DNA of 32,186 nucleotides from Macrostomum lignano. Lineage: Eukaryota. Both the position numbers and the translations under genes were made by a program. Shown here piece by piece: positions 10,155 to 22,826 of the stretch (position 1 is the first letter of the stretch; each line of letters opens with the position of its first letter). Under the pieces are notes generated by a model, which ran no database searches, was not told the DNA's origin, and worked only from the letters and a program-made list of their open reading frames with translations. The DNA lies in the NCBI GenBank assembly GCA_002269645.1, contig NIVC01000191.1, positions 40,418 through 72,603 of the forward strand. The letters run 5' to 3'.

Positions 10155-10495
10155 TCTCTGATTGGTAAAAAAAGTTGTAGTTGTAGCACTCTGCTAAGTC
10201 TCTCTGATTGGTCAATGCGAGTAGTATGGATGCTTCCTGTTTGGGGCTCTCTGATTGGTCAATGCGAGTATGGATGCTTCCTGTTTGGGGCTCTCTGATT
10301 GGTCAATGCGAGTATGAATGCTTCCTGTTTGGGGCTCTCTGATTGGTCGATGTGAGTTTTAACACTTTCTGCTTGGGGCTCTCTGATTGGGGCTCTCTGA
10401 TTGGTCGATGTGAGTTTTAACGCTTTCTGCTTGTGGCTCTCTGATTGGTCGATGCGAGTATGGATGGTTCCTGCTTGTGGCTATTTGATTGTTTC
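10155..10495. repeat. 44-bp minisatellite containing CTCTCTGATTGG, ~7 copies, intron 2
   Basis: GGGGCTCT recurs at 10243, 10287 and 10331. Confidence 0.88.
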
Positions 10496-10771
10496 ACTAG
10501 TTTAGTCACTCCTATGGTTTTCTGTGTTGGTAAAACTATAATTATAAAGTTCTTGAAACAATGAGTATCTTATAAAAAAGCCACTTGTTTTTTTACAACA
10601 AGCTAGCTGACTACCATGGCGGTCGTTAAACGCAGCTTGCCCTCTGAAGCATGTTGTTCTCTTTTCAATAGAAGAGAAAGAAACAGCCGATGATAGCTTC
10701 AAGCAAAATGTACTTTTGTTTCCGTTGGGTCATTATTTTTTTATATTTTTTGTCACCTGTTCTTGTTCCAG

Positions 10772-10843
10772 TTCAAGTACAAGCGCAGGATCTATCGTTC
10801 GCAGTCCATTAGCACTAGCAAATTGAAGAAACTGCACTCTAAG
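10772..10843 (+). CDS. SHANK: SHANK exon 3 (FKYKRRIYRSQSISTSKLKKLHSK)
   Basis: Matches SHANK EFRYKRRVY...KLHTK. TTCCAG acceptor, GTAGGC donor, 72 nt. Confidence 0.93.
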
Positions 10844-10863
10844 GTAGGCAGTTGTGTATATTA

Positions 10864-11565
10864 TCTCTAACTATAAAAATCAAAACTCTGTCTGTGTGTC
10901 TGTCTGTCTGTGTGTCTGTGGACAATTTTGATCGCTATGGACTCCCAAACCGCTCAACCAAATTACACCAAATTTTACACCCACCCTAAACTCACTACGG
11001 AGAATGTCTTAGGCTACTTTTTAATTTCCTAAATTTGAGTCTTCCCACCTAAAAGTGCAAAAAACTGCTCAAAATGCGCGATTTTTTTACTAAAGCCTCC
11101 TTAGCGCCGCTCCACTTCTACCGATCCTCTTCAAATTTGACACAATCAATTTTCAACTATTTTGACACAATCGTGTAAAATTTCGAGTCTCAAAGTTAAT
11201 CCTGAACGGCGCTGTGCACTTTTAAAGTTTGGCTGTTTTTTTCAGCGAGACAGCCACCCCAACTTCCGCCCGCCTGCCTCTTTCCCGATCTGGGCAAAGG
11301 GTGTAAATAGGTTTTAAAATGACTAACTTTCGGCTGCCATAAGTTTGCTCCACGTGAAGCGATTGACTTCTAACTTAACACAATTCTTCTTTGATTCATT
11401 CTCTGTCTAAATGTAAAGTTTCAACTCTCTAACTCAATCAGAACAGAAACTGTAAGCATGTGAAGTTTGTCTGCTTTTTCTGTTGTTTGTGCCACTCACT
11501 CACTCATTCCCCCAGCCCAGACGAAGGGTCAGGCGATAGGGCTCAATGTACATAGCGAATGTACA
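10864..11565 (+). mobile_element. Putative non-autonomous Helitron-like (Lep1/MINE/DINE-like) element
   Basis: A|TC start, then TCTCTAACTATAAAAATCAAAAC followed directly by a (CTGT)n/(GTCT)n microsatellite, with candidate 3' hairpins at 11515-11534 and 11547-11565. The 3' end is not well defined. Confidence 0.5.
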
Positions 11566-12006
11566 GTATTTTGGAATAACTTTTTAATAGCCGTCTCTGT
11601 ACCCCCGCGAGTGGAGAGGCGTGGAGAGGAGAGAGTTTAGCGAGAGATTCAAACTACTTTCCTCTGTATAGACAAGTCGCAGCAGTTAAACAAGGATGGA
11701 AAATCAAGGCGATGTGGGATGGTTTATAAAAATAGCGAAAAATTAATGAATAACTGATTACAATGCAATCCTACTAAATTAGTTACACCATGAAAATTTT
11801 AACATTAAGATTCGCATAAGGTAACTTTAAAATTTAAATGGCCTCCTAAGAAATGCGTATTTCCTTGGTTGTTAGACTGCTGCAGACTGTGGTGGTGGAG
11901 CTGGAGAATGGAGATACACAAATTCCTCTCAGGGCTGCTAATTGGCCAGAAAAATGACGTGATTAAAGCATGAGAAATGATAACAACCATGATAGTACTT
12001 TCGAAG

Positions 12007-12818
12007 CAGGGATTGGCAGATTTTTATCTCAAAGGCCAGATAAAGAATCCAGCTCATGGCTGCGGGCCAGATGAGAGTGAAAAGGAAAAGTGGCGAGGAG
12101 AGAGCAGAGAAGAAGGGAGGAAGAAGCGAGAGGAGGGGAGAAAGGAAGGAGAGGAAAGAGTAAAGGTGAGAAGAGGGGAGAGATGAGACAGAGGATCGAT
12201 GAGAGAGGAGAGTAGAGAAGATTGAGAAGAGAATAGAGATGAGAGAGCAGAAAGAAGATGACAGAGGGTCAAGAGGAGAGGAGAGATTAGAGAGGAGAGA
12301 GTAGAAAGGATAGAGAAGAGAGGAGATAAGAGGGGGAGAGAGGAGTGAGAAGAGAAGAGATAGAGATAAGAGAGTGGTGAAAGAAGAGGGGAGAAAGGAG
12401 AGATGAGAGAGTAAAGGGAAGAGGAGGAGAGAGGAAAGAGATGAGATTGTAGAGATGAGACAGATCAAAGAAGAGATGAGAGAAAAAGGTGAAAGGAGAG
12501 TGCAGAGAGACGAGAGAAGATAATAGAGGAGAGAGAGTATAGAGAAGAGGGAAGAGAAAAGAAGAAAGGAGTAAGGAAAGAGAGGAGTCAGAAGAGGTGA
12601 AAGAGAAGAGTACAGAGGAGATAAGTGAGAGAACGTATAAGAGAGTAAAGATGACAGATGAGAGAGCAGATGAACAGACGAGAGATGGGAGAGTAGAGAG
12701 AACAGAGGAGAGATAAGAGAGAAGAGATTACAGAGACTAGAGGAGAGAGGAGAGACAGGGAGAGAGAAGAGGAAATAGGAGAATGAAGAGGGAGAGAGTA
12801 GAGAGAAGAGAGATGGGG

Positions 12819-12900
<82 letters not shown>

Positions 12901-13305
12901 CAGAGCAGAGAGTAACGAGAAGAGATAAGAGATAAAAGATAAAAGAAGAGAAAGGAGAGATAAAAGAGCGGACGAGAGAGAAGAGAGGTGAAGGAAGAGA
13001 CGAGCGACGAGGGGAGAGAGAAGAGATAAAACAAGAAAAGAGATGAGAGGAAAGAGAGAGAGGAAAGATGTGAGGGAAGAGACGAGAGAAGAGGGGAGAG
13101 AGGAGAGAGAGAGGAAATAATAGAGAGGAGAGATGAGAGAGTAGAGGAGATAGTTAAGAGAAGAGAGAAAATAATAGAGAGGACAAGGAAGAGACGAGAG
13201 AAGAGGGGGAGAGAGAAGAAAGGAAACAGAAGAGACGATAGAAATTTTAAAGGATCCAAGGGACATAGGGAGAGTCAGGGAGAGGCCAGAGTTTGCCAAT
13301 ACATG
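12007..13305. mobile_element. Putative non-autonomous hAT (Charlie/MER58-like) element filled with GA-rich sequence
   Basis: Imperfect TIRs CAGGGATTGGCAGAT and revcomp CATGTATTGGCAAAC (11/15). Subterminal GGCCAGA and GCGGGCCAGAT motifs. Flanking 8-mers TTTCGAAG and TTTTAGAG match at 5/8. Confidence 0.55.
12075..13280. repeat. Purine-rich (GA) low-complexity tract with a perfect (GA)n core at ~12822-12895
   Basis: Composition seen directly. Confidence 0.95.
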
Positions 13306-13749
13306 TTTTAGAGTCAGAGACAGACATTGCCTGGCATTCTGTGGAGTACCCCAGCAAACAATATCAACGTTTGCCTCAAACCCTAATTTTACACGAATGT
13401 GCTCCATTTTATGTCTACAGCTCTATCCTACTAACATTAATTTGTTTGTGTATGGCCTTAGATTTCAGAATACATGCAAAAGTAGTTCCGGGGATTGGAA
13501 TTCCCCGGGTTCAAAATCCGCGGGTTTCAACAGCTTGTATATTATATAAGCTAGACTTGACTTGCGCTTTTGAAAGTTGTGTCCCAGCGGTGCCCTCGCC
13601 TGCTTTTCCTTCTACCCCTTCCCTCTACTCTTTCCATTTTTACGCTCCTACCATGCTACTAAATATCCCCAAGGGATATCTTTGTAACTCAGTAATGTGT
13701 TTGCTGTGTGCTTGCTTTACAGTCTAGCTGTAGCCCCCTCTGCCGCACT

Positions 13750-14015
13750 CTCACCCTCCCCTTGTCTCTCCCTCTGCTCCTTTCTCTCCCCCTCTCACTC
13801 TGTGTCTCCCCTCTCCCTCTCCCTTTCCCCCTCTCTCTCCCTCTCCCTCTCCCTCTCCCTCTCCCTCTCCCCTCTCCCTCTGTCTCTTCTCCTCTCTGTC
13901 TCTCCCCCTCTCCCTCTCCCGCTCCCTCTCTCCTGTTTCTCCCCCTCCCCTTTGTTTCTCCCCTCTCCCTCTATCTTCCCCCCTCCCTCTGTTTCACCCC
14001 GTTCCCTCTGTGTCT
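13750..14015. repeat. Pyrimidine-rich (CT) low-complexity tract
   Basis: Composition, with CTCTCC hexamer runs. Confidence 0.9.
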
Positions 14016-14122
14016 CTATCAAAAATCTCATTTTTTTTGTCTGGCTATTTCACGCACTACTTGCTTCAAATTATGGATAAACTTTCTTAATAATTTTTGT
14101 ACTACTTAAATCGAATTTTCAG

Positions 14123-14231
14123 AGCTACCTGAAGCAATTCGTAGAATTTGTTCGCCAGGGCGACACGGCCCGGGTTAACAAATGGGTGAACAAAGGCATC
14201 GATCCCAACTTTCACTGCAAGGACACTGGCG
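14123..14231 (+). CDS. SHANK: SHANK exon 4, start of the ankyrin repeats
   Basis: SYLKQFVEFVRQGDTARVNKWVNKGIDPNFHCKDTG. TTTTCAG acceptor, GTGAGT donor, 109 nt, phase 1. Confidence 0.95.
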
Positions 14232-14294
14232 GTGAGTTGCCCCGCGTAGCCGCGGTTCTTACCCTGCTAAGAGTCTGGGACTATTCACTGCTGA

Positions 14295-14640
14295 CTCTAA
14301 CCTAATCCCCAGCCCTAACCTAATCCCCAGCCCTAATCTGATCCCTAACCCTGACCTAATTCCCAACCCGAATTCCCAACCCGAATCCCCAACCCGAATC
14401 CCCAACCCGAATCCCCAACCCGAATCCCCAACCCGAATCCCCAACCCGAATTCCCAACCCGAATCCCCAACCCGAATCCCCAACCCGAATCCCCAACCCG
14501 AATCCCCAACCCGAATCCCCAATCCGAATCTTCAACCCGAATCCCCAACCCTAACCTGATCCTCAGCCTTAACCTAATCCCAAACCTGAATCCCCAACCC
14601 TATAATCCCCAACCCTAATCCCCAACCTCAACTTAATCCT
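14295..14640. repeat. 13-bp minisatellite (CCGAATCCCCAAC) with CCCTAA-like flanks, intron 4
   Basis: Core at 14361-14550; flanks contain CCCTAA and CCTAAT. Confidence 0.9.
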
Positions 14641-15099
14641 CAAAGTAAATTAGGAAAATCCACTGCCAAAAGCGATCTCATTAGTGGGGAAAATATCGAA
14701 TCTATTGAATCTCGCTGTTGGTCTCAGCCAGGGATTCCTCGTTGATGCTGCACATCTGATGGCTTAAATAGAAAATTGATATTGAATTACCGGCCTCACT
14801 AGCCCAGTTGAGATCGATTGCTAACCAGCCAGTCCTGCAGTTCCCCTCGCCTCAAATGAAAGGAGAATAAGAGAAGGCAGGAGAGGATCCTCAGCTAGGG
14901 AGAGTTATCCCGCACTCTAATGAGAGCAGTGGGCGGAATTTAGGAGTTGATGGCCTTGGGAACTGGGCATATGAGTTGGTGCTGGGTATAGCAATATACA
15001 TAGTAGTGAGTATGTAATTAAGCTATTTGTGTCTCACTGTGAGTGCATTCGCGCTCTGTTTGCAGTATGTGTTGTCGAGATAACAGATTTAACAGGCAG

Positions 15100-15695
<596 letters not shown>

Positions 15696-16194
15696 GCACT
15701 AAAGTATAGTTACACTGCCACAAGCATAAAGTAAATGTTTGTGATTGCACTGTTTGTACATATTATTTTGTACAATTGTACAGCGCCACTTAGTGTATCA
15801 GTCCTGGTGTTATTTGAAAGAACCTGAAAGACAATTATTACAGATACGTGCGCACAGTCAGACAGTCCGACAGACAGTTGCTAAAAGTCAATAAGTGCTA
15901 GTTATTATCATTAGCAGAGTTGGTTAAGCCAACAGTACCTAGTCATTATTTAAAGCTTTAGCATGAACACCAGCTGAGGTGTGGTAGCCTTGGGTAAAAA
16001 GAGACACCTATCAGCAATTATTGTTGTTAGTTGGCCCGTGCCAGAATTAAATATCAATAAAAAGCCGATCGCTGAATCATAAAGTTGACTTTATACAGGC
16101 GATTTTTAGGTTACACTCAGATGTCGTTGCTGTCGTCTAGATTGTTTCCATCAATATGTAAGCTGAGGAGATTAAAACCGAGAAGGCAGGGGTT

Positions 16195-16600
16195 TGAGAG
16201 GGAGAGGAGAGAAAGAGATTAGAGAGGGAGAGGAGAAGATAGAGATTAGAGAGGGAGAGGAAAGAGAGATTAGAGAGGGAGAGGAGAGAGAGATTAGAGA
16301 GGGAGAGGAAAGAGAGATTAGAGAGGGAGAGGAGAGAGAGATTAGAGAGGGAGAGGAAAGAGAGATTAGAGAGGGAGAGGAGAGAGAGATTAGAAAGGGA
16401 GAGGAGAGAGAGATTAGAGAGGGAGAAGAGAGAGAGATTAGAGAGGGAGAGGAGAGAGAGATTAGAGAGGGAGAGGAGAGAGATTAGAGAGGGAGAGGAG
16501 AGAGAGATTAGAGAGGGAGAGGAGAGAGAGATTAGAGAGGGAGAGGAAAGAGACTGAGAGATTAGAGAGGGAGAGGACAGAGATTAGCGAGGGAGAAGAG
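16195..16600. repeat. 24-bp purine minisatellite (ATTAGAGAGGGAGAGGAGAGAGAG)
   Basis: Tandem periodicity; translates as an IREGEERE repeat. Confidence 0.94.
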
Positions 16601-17114
16601 AGAGAGATTAGCGAGGCGGAGGAGAAAAGCAGACGAGAGAGAGAAGAGAGGGAGATAATGAGCGAGAGAGATGGGGGAGAAGAGAGAAATAGAGACGGGT
16701 TTAGTGCAGCAGCGCCGAAACTTGAGCAGGGAATTAAAGCGCCAGACTGACTGCCTGGCCGGCTGTCTTCTCATCAGCAATCGGCACTCGTATGCACAAG
16801 CATATGTATCACTTGAAGAGAAAGTTTAACCAATTCGAGAGAAGAGAGAAAAGTGACGAGCCTACGTCGCCCTGGGCGTCGCCAGACACGAAGTATTTTT
16901 TGAGCAGAACACACTGAAAAATCGATGGTTACTCTTAGCTCAGGGGATGTCGGTGAGCTGTGTATAGTTGGCTGGCAGCCTCGTGAGCTTCCTGTGCAGT
17001 CTAAAATATTAAGCAAATATGATACATTTCCATTTTGCACTTTTGCTCTTCTGTGCAGCATAGTTAGCAACTATCCATAGTTAATGCGCTTGTCTCCTTT
17101 TGAATGGATATGGA

Positions 17115-18467
17115 AACAGGAGACAGTCAGAGATGAAGAGAGAGTGGACACAGTGAGGGAGAGGGAGATGGGGAGAGAGACTGGAGACAGTGAGGGAGAG
17201 GGAGATGGGGAGAGAGACTGGAGACAGTGAGGGAGAGGGAGATGGAGAGAGAGTGGACACAGTGAGGGAGAGGGAGATGGGGAGAGAGACTGGAGACAGT
17301 GAGGGAGAGGGAGATGGGGAGAGAGACTGGAGACAGTGAGGGAGAGGGAGATGGAGAGAGAGTGGACACAGTGAGGGAGAGGGAGATGGGGAGAGAGTGG
17401 ACACAGTGAGGGAGAGGGAGATGGAGAGAGAGAGTGGAGACAGTGAGGGAGAGGGAGATGGAGAGAGAGTGGACACAGTGAGGGAGAGGGAGATCGGGAG
17501 AGAGTGGACACAGTGAGGGAGAGGGAGATGGAGAGAGAGAGTGGAGACAGTGAGGGAGAGGGAGATGGGGAGAGAGTGGAGACAGTGAGGGAGAGGGAGA
17601 TGGAGAGAGAGAGTGGACACAGTGAGGAAGAGGGAGATGGGGAGAAAGTGGAGACAGTGAGGGAGAGGGAGATGGAGAGAGAGAGTGGAGACAGTGAGGG
17701 AGAGGGAGATGGAGAGAAAGTGGAGACAGTGAGGGAGAGGGAGATGGAGAGAGAGAGAGTGGAGACAGTGAGGGAGAAGGAGATGGGGAGAGAAAGTGGA
17801 GACAGTGAGGAAGAGGGAGATGGGGAGAAAGTGGAGACAGTGAGGGAGAGGGAGATGGGGAGAGAATGGACACAGTGAGGGAGAGGGAGATGGGGAGAGA
17901 AAGTGGAGACAGTGAGGGAGAGGGAGATGGGGAGAGAAAGTGGAGACAGTGAGGGAGAGGGAGATGGGGAGAGAAAGTGGAGACAGTGAGGGAGAGGGAG
18001 ATGGGGAGAGAAAGTGGAGACAGTGGGGGAGAGGGAGATGGAGAGAGAGAGTGGAGACAGTGAGGAAGAGGGAGATGGGGAGAAAGTGGAGACAGTGAGG
18101 GAGAGGGAGATGGGGAGAGAAAGTGGAGACAGTGAGGGAGAGGAAGTGGAGACAGTGAGGGAGAGGGAGATGGGGAGAGAAAGTGGAGACAGTGAGGGAG
18201 AGGGAGATGGGGAGAGAAAGTGGAGACAGTGAGGGAGAGGGAGATGGGGAGAGAAAGTGGAGACAGTGAGGGAGAGGGAGATGGGGAGAGAAAGTGGAGA
18301 CAGTGAGGGAGAGGGAGATGGGGAGAGAAAGTGGAGACAGTGAGGGAGAGGGAGATGGGGAGAGAAAGTGGAGACAGTGAGGGAGAGGGAGATGGGGAGA
18401 GAATGGACACAGTGAGGGAGAGGGAGATGGAGAGAGAATGGACACAGTGAGGGAGAGGGAGATGGGG
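17115..18467. repeat. 35-37-bp purine-rich minisatellite (GTGGAGACAGTGAGGGAGAGGGAGATGGGGAGAGAAA)
   Basis: About 37 copies; a 37-aa period in translation equals 3 units. Confidence 0.95.
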
Positions 18468-19328
18468 TTATTAAATATTGGTCAAAGCGTTAATTCGGTA
18501 TTCATAACGCCGCCTCACAGCCTAGTATCAGGTTGCTTGTAGCACAAGCACCCCATTAATAATCCGTTTAGGTTTAGCAATTAACTCTAAGTCATTTGTA
18601 GGTAGCTAGTTTAGTTTACTTTTTATATTATGAGCTAAAAATTATGCACAAGCCTTTGGCTGTGTGAGTGAGTGATTCAGACCTCCTAGCGTAGGCAACA
18701 TGCCGGTTAAATGCATCTAGCTGTTCTACCCTTGCACAATGCCATTGCAATTTGTATATTATAAAACGTATATGCGCTCTGAATTTTGGACTTAGGGTTG
18801 AGCTGTATTTTAATAGCCGCTGGCAATACATCGTTGCATGCGTGGGAGCGAAGGAGAAGAGAGAGAGAAGAGAGAGAGCAGATGAGAAGGAAAACTAAAT
18901 TTCCTTAATCAACTACATGTAGGCTTCGACAATTTACAGTCGCTATTTTTATTATCCAAGCAGCCCTTAAAAGCCAGCTATCTAGTTTAACATATAAGCA
19001 CTTCCTGTGAGCTTTGGCATCAGAGCCTCCCTATAACCTATGAGCATACTACTGATGTGACGCATGTATAAAACAATGTACTCGTATATAGTGTAAAATA
19101 GTTCTGCGGAACTTAACGATAAACGCATCGTCGAAAAAGTACATTTACACCCCCGAACCTGCATTCTTGTTAACTATAAAAATTAAGTAAACATTAAATA
19201 TCAGAATGGGACTAGCCACTTTGTCCCTCCACGGGTGGCACTCAAAATAGAAGCAATGTATAGATTTCACATTGATAACCCAAATAAATCAATTTGCCTA
19301 AATTTGAATGCCCACCTGTCATTGTCAG

Positions 19329-19483
19329 ACACTCCGCTTACAATAGCCGTGTCATTGCCGAAGCCGCGGGCAATGATCATGGCCCTGTGCTCCGGCGGCG
19401 CTCATATGGACTTTCGCGACTCCAAAGACTCCATGACGCCTCTGCACAAGGCTGCCGTTTATGGAAATTTGGAGGCTATTAAT
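19329..19483 (+). CDS. SHANK: SHANK exon 5, ankyrin repeats
   Basis: (D)TPLTIAVSLPKPRAMIMALCSGGAHMDFRDSKDSMTPLHKAAVYGNLEAIN matches GGAHLDFR. Phases are consistent, 155 nt. Confidence 0.95.
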
Positions 19484-19507
19484 GTGAGTTTAATGCGGCT
19501 ATTTTAT

Positions 19508-20465
19508 TCATTAGTCAGTCATTAGTCAGTCATTAGTCAGTCATTAGTCAGTCATTAGTCAGTCATTAGTCAGTCATTAGTCAGTCATTAGTCAGTCATT
19601 AGTCAGTCATTAGTCAGTCATTAGTCAGTCATTAGTCAGTCATTAGTCAGTCATTAGTCAGTCATTAGTCAGTCATTAGTCAGTCATTAGTCAGCCATTA
19701 GTCAGTCATTAGACAGTCATTAGTCAGTCATTGGTCAGTCATTAGTCAGCAATTAGTCAGTGATTGGTTGGTCATAAGCCAATCATTACTCAGTCATTAG
19801 TTAATCATTAGCCAATCATTACTCAGTCATTAGCCAGTCATTAGTCAGTTTTAGTCAGTCATTAGTCAAATATTACTCAGTCATTAACCAGTCATTAGTC
19901 AATAATTAGTCAGTCATTACTCAGTCATTAGTTAGTAATTAGTCAGTCATTAGTTAATCATTAGTCAGTCATTAGACAGTCATTAGTCAGTCATTGGTCA
20001 GTCATTAGACAGCCATTAGTCAGTGATTGGTTGGTCATAAGACAATCATTACTCGGTCATAGTTAATCATTAGTCAGTCATTAGTCACTCATTAGCCAAT
20101 CATTAGTCAGTCATTAGCCAGTCATTAGTCAGTCATTAGTCAGTTTTAGTCAGTCGTTAGTCAAATATTACTCAGTCATTAACCAGTCATTAGTCAATAA
20201 TTAGTCAGTCATTACTCAGTCATTAGTTAGTCATTAGTCAGTCATTAGTTAGTAATTAGTCAGTAATTAGTTAGTCATTAGTTAGTAATTAGTCAGTCAT
20301 TAGTTAGTCATTAGTCAGTCATTAGTCAGTTTTTTCAGTCATTAGTCAGTTTTTTCTGTCATTAGTCAGTTTTTTCAGTCATTAGTCAGTTTTTTCAGTC
20401 ATTAGTCAGTTTTTTCAGTCATTAGTCAGTCATTAGTCAGTAATTAGTCAGTCAGTAGCCAGTCA
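19508..20465. repeat. 11-bp minisatellite (CATTAGTCAGT) filling intron 5
   Basis: Perfect 5' block, degenerate middle, and a variant TTTTTCAGT block at the 3' end. Confidence 0.96.
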
Positions 20466-20499
20466 GCGCGCACTCCCACCCGTGCCTGGCCGCTCGCAG

Positions 20500-20667
20500 A
20501 CCCTCCTAGACCTGGGCCAGTCGCCCAACTGCGTGGACCCGCGAGGCCTGACCCCCCTGTACTACACCATGCTGCACGATACCCGATCGAACTGCGCGGA
20601 GCGCCTGCTGTTCGATCACAGCGTGCTGGGCATTCGGGATGACCAGGGACTGCAGGAGATTCATCAG
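20500..20667 (+). CDS. SHANK: SHANK exon 6, ankyrin repeats
   Basis: TLLDLGQSPNCVDPRGLTPLYY...LLFDHSVLGIRDDQGLQEIHQ matches TLLDLGASPDYKDSRGLTPLY...QEIHQ. 168 nt. Confidence 0.97.
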
Positions 20668-20734
20668 GTGAGATGAGATACTAATAAGAGTTACAATTAG
20701 CTATTTTGAACTTTTAAACTTTCAAATTGAGCTT

Positions 20735-21578
20735 GTGTTCGATGTTGTGAAGCTTCCATATTGTGAAGCTTCGATATTGTGAAGCTTCGATATTGTGAAG
20801 CTTCGATATTGTGAAGCTTCGATATTGTGAAGCTTCGATATTGTGAAGCTTCGATATTGTGAAGCTTCGATATTGTGAAGCTTCGATATTGTGAAGCTTC
20901 GATATTGTGAAGCTTCGATATTGTGAAGCTTCGATATTGTGAAGCTTCGATATTGTGAAGCTTCGATATTGTGAAGCTTCGATATTGTGAAGCTTCGATA
21001 TTGTGAAGCTTCGATATTGTGAAGCTTCGATATTGTGAAGCTTCGATATTGTGAAGCTTCGATATTGTAAAGCTTCGATATTGTGAAGCTTCGATATTGT
21101 AAAGCTTCGATATTGTGAAGCTTCGATATTGTAAAGCTTTGATATTTTGAAGCTTCCATATTGTGAAGCTTCGATATTGTAAAGCTTCGATATTGTGAAG
21201 CTTCGATATTGTGAAGCTTCGATATTGTGAAGCTTCGATATTGTGAAGCTTCGATATTGTGAAGCTTCGATATTGTGAAGCTTCGATATTGTAAAGCTTC
21301 GATATTGTGAAGCTTCGATATTGTAAAGCTTCGATATTGTAAAGCTTCGATATTGTGAAGCTTCGATATTGTGAAGCTTCGATATTGTGAAGCTTCGATA
21401 TTGTAAAGCTTCGATATTGTGAAGCTTCGATATTGTGAAGCTTCGATATTGTGAAGCTTCGATATTGTGAAGCTTTGATATTGTGAAGCTTCGATATTGT
21501 GAAGCTTCGATATTGTGAAGCTTCGATATTGTGAAGCTTCGATATTGTGAAGCTTCGATATTGTGAAGCTTCGATATT
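20735..21578. repeat. 16-bp minisatellite (GAAGCTTCGATATTGT), ~52 copies, filling intron 6
   Basis: Near-perfect array; the unit differs by 2 nt from the 7835-8630 unit. Confidence 0.97.
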
Positions 21579-21614
21579 ACACTACACACGCAATTACACT
21601 TGCACCACTTTCAG

Positions 21615-21731
21615 GCCTGCAAGTTCGGCAGGGTGCAGCACCTGCAATACCTGATCAGCTACGGCGCCGATATTGATGCTGTGACTAAGAATGGCAATTC
21701 GCCATTGCACATCTGCGGCTACATGAATCAG
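21615..21731 (+). CDS. SHANK: SHANK exon 7, ankyrin repeats
   Basis: ACKFGRVQHLQYLISYGADIDAVTKNGNSPLHICGYMNQ. TTTCAG acceptor, GTGAGA donor, 117 nt. Confidence 0.96.
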
Positions 21732-21982
21732 GTGAGAATATTTATGGTGTAATCCTGGCGACACGGCACAACTTGGTTATTGATTAAATAATCTGTCATG
21801 GCTGCATGTTGGCTGTCAGTTTCTATCAGAATATAAAAATTTCGCATGACAAGATGACGGATGAGGCAGTGGAATCGGATTATTAGAATTTTGGTCTTGT
21901 AATTTTTTGGGGTTAGCTTCTTATCTTGTTTCAAGACTCAGCAATTATTCTCTTCGTGTCCAGAGATTGATGCTAATACCAC

Positions 21983-22305
21983 TTCCAGTTCGGACACTCT
22001 CGGACACCCGATAATAAGCCAATATGCCACATCGGACACTTTCGGATACTTAATAGTAATCTAATATACCAGTTCGGATACTCTCGGATACGTAATAATA
22101 ATCCTGTATCCAATAGGTCATTTCGGATACTCTCGGACACGTGATAATAATCCGATAGGTAATTTCGGACACTCTCGGACACGTGATAATAATCCAATAG
22201 GTAATTTCGGACACTCTCGGACACTCAATAGTAATCCAATATACCAGTTCGGACACTAGATCTTAATTCAACATGCCAGTTCGGACACTCTCGGACACTC
22301 GATAT
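21983..22305. repeat. Degenerate ~42-bp tandem repeat (TCGGACACTCTCGGACAC core), intron 7
   Basis: Recurrent CGGACACTCTCGGA motif. Confidence 0.85.
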
Positions 22306-22375
22306 TTATCTGCATCTCAGTTGGCATTAATCCCTATCTCAATCCGGTACTAATCCAACTCCCCACAATCCGCAG

Positions 22376-22826
22376 ACCGAGTGCGCCAAGCAGCTGCTAT
22401 TCCGCGGCGCCGACCGCAGCCTGCGCAACCAGCAGGACCAGACAGCCTACCAGGTGGCGCTGGTGTCCAACCACGCCGAAGTTGCCGATCTGATTCGCTG
22501 CTTCCGCGACGAGGACGTCGTGCCGATACGCGACGAGCCGCAGTTCAACACCGGCCGGCGGACCAGCATCCCCACTCTGCGCAACCAGCAGCGCTGGGGC
22601 TCGCTGTCCAACCTCGGCCGGCTGGAAAGAATGCAGCAGCAGCAGCAGGGGGCGCCAGCCGGACTGGCCAGCCAGGCCTCGGTGCCGGCCACATTCGGAC
22701 ACGCCGCCGGAGGTCCAGCCGCCTCTGCGGTGGCAGTTGTCGCCGTCAATGGCGGCCTATCGAAGTCGGTCAGCCACCTGCCTGGCGGTCAGGATGGCGG
22801 ACAGGCGCCGCCGCGTCGGAGTATGG
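22376..22826 (+). CDS. SHANK: SHANK exon 8, last ankyrin repeats plus low-complexity linker
   Basis: TECAKQLLFRGADRSLRNQQDQTAYQVAL...DVVPIRDEPQF matches ESCARVLLFRGANR...DVVPFRETPSY. Donor G|GTGAGC, 451 nt. Confidence 0.93.

Noticed and set aside
16620-17070. Moderately GC-rich non-repetitive islands in intron 4 (also 18480-18900) as extra SHANK exons
   Set aside because: Exons 4 and 5 already join in phase and match SHANK without a gap, and there are no recognisable motifs in these islands.
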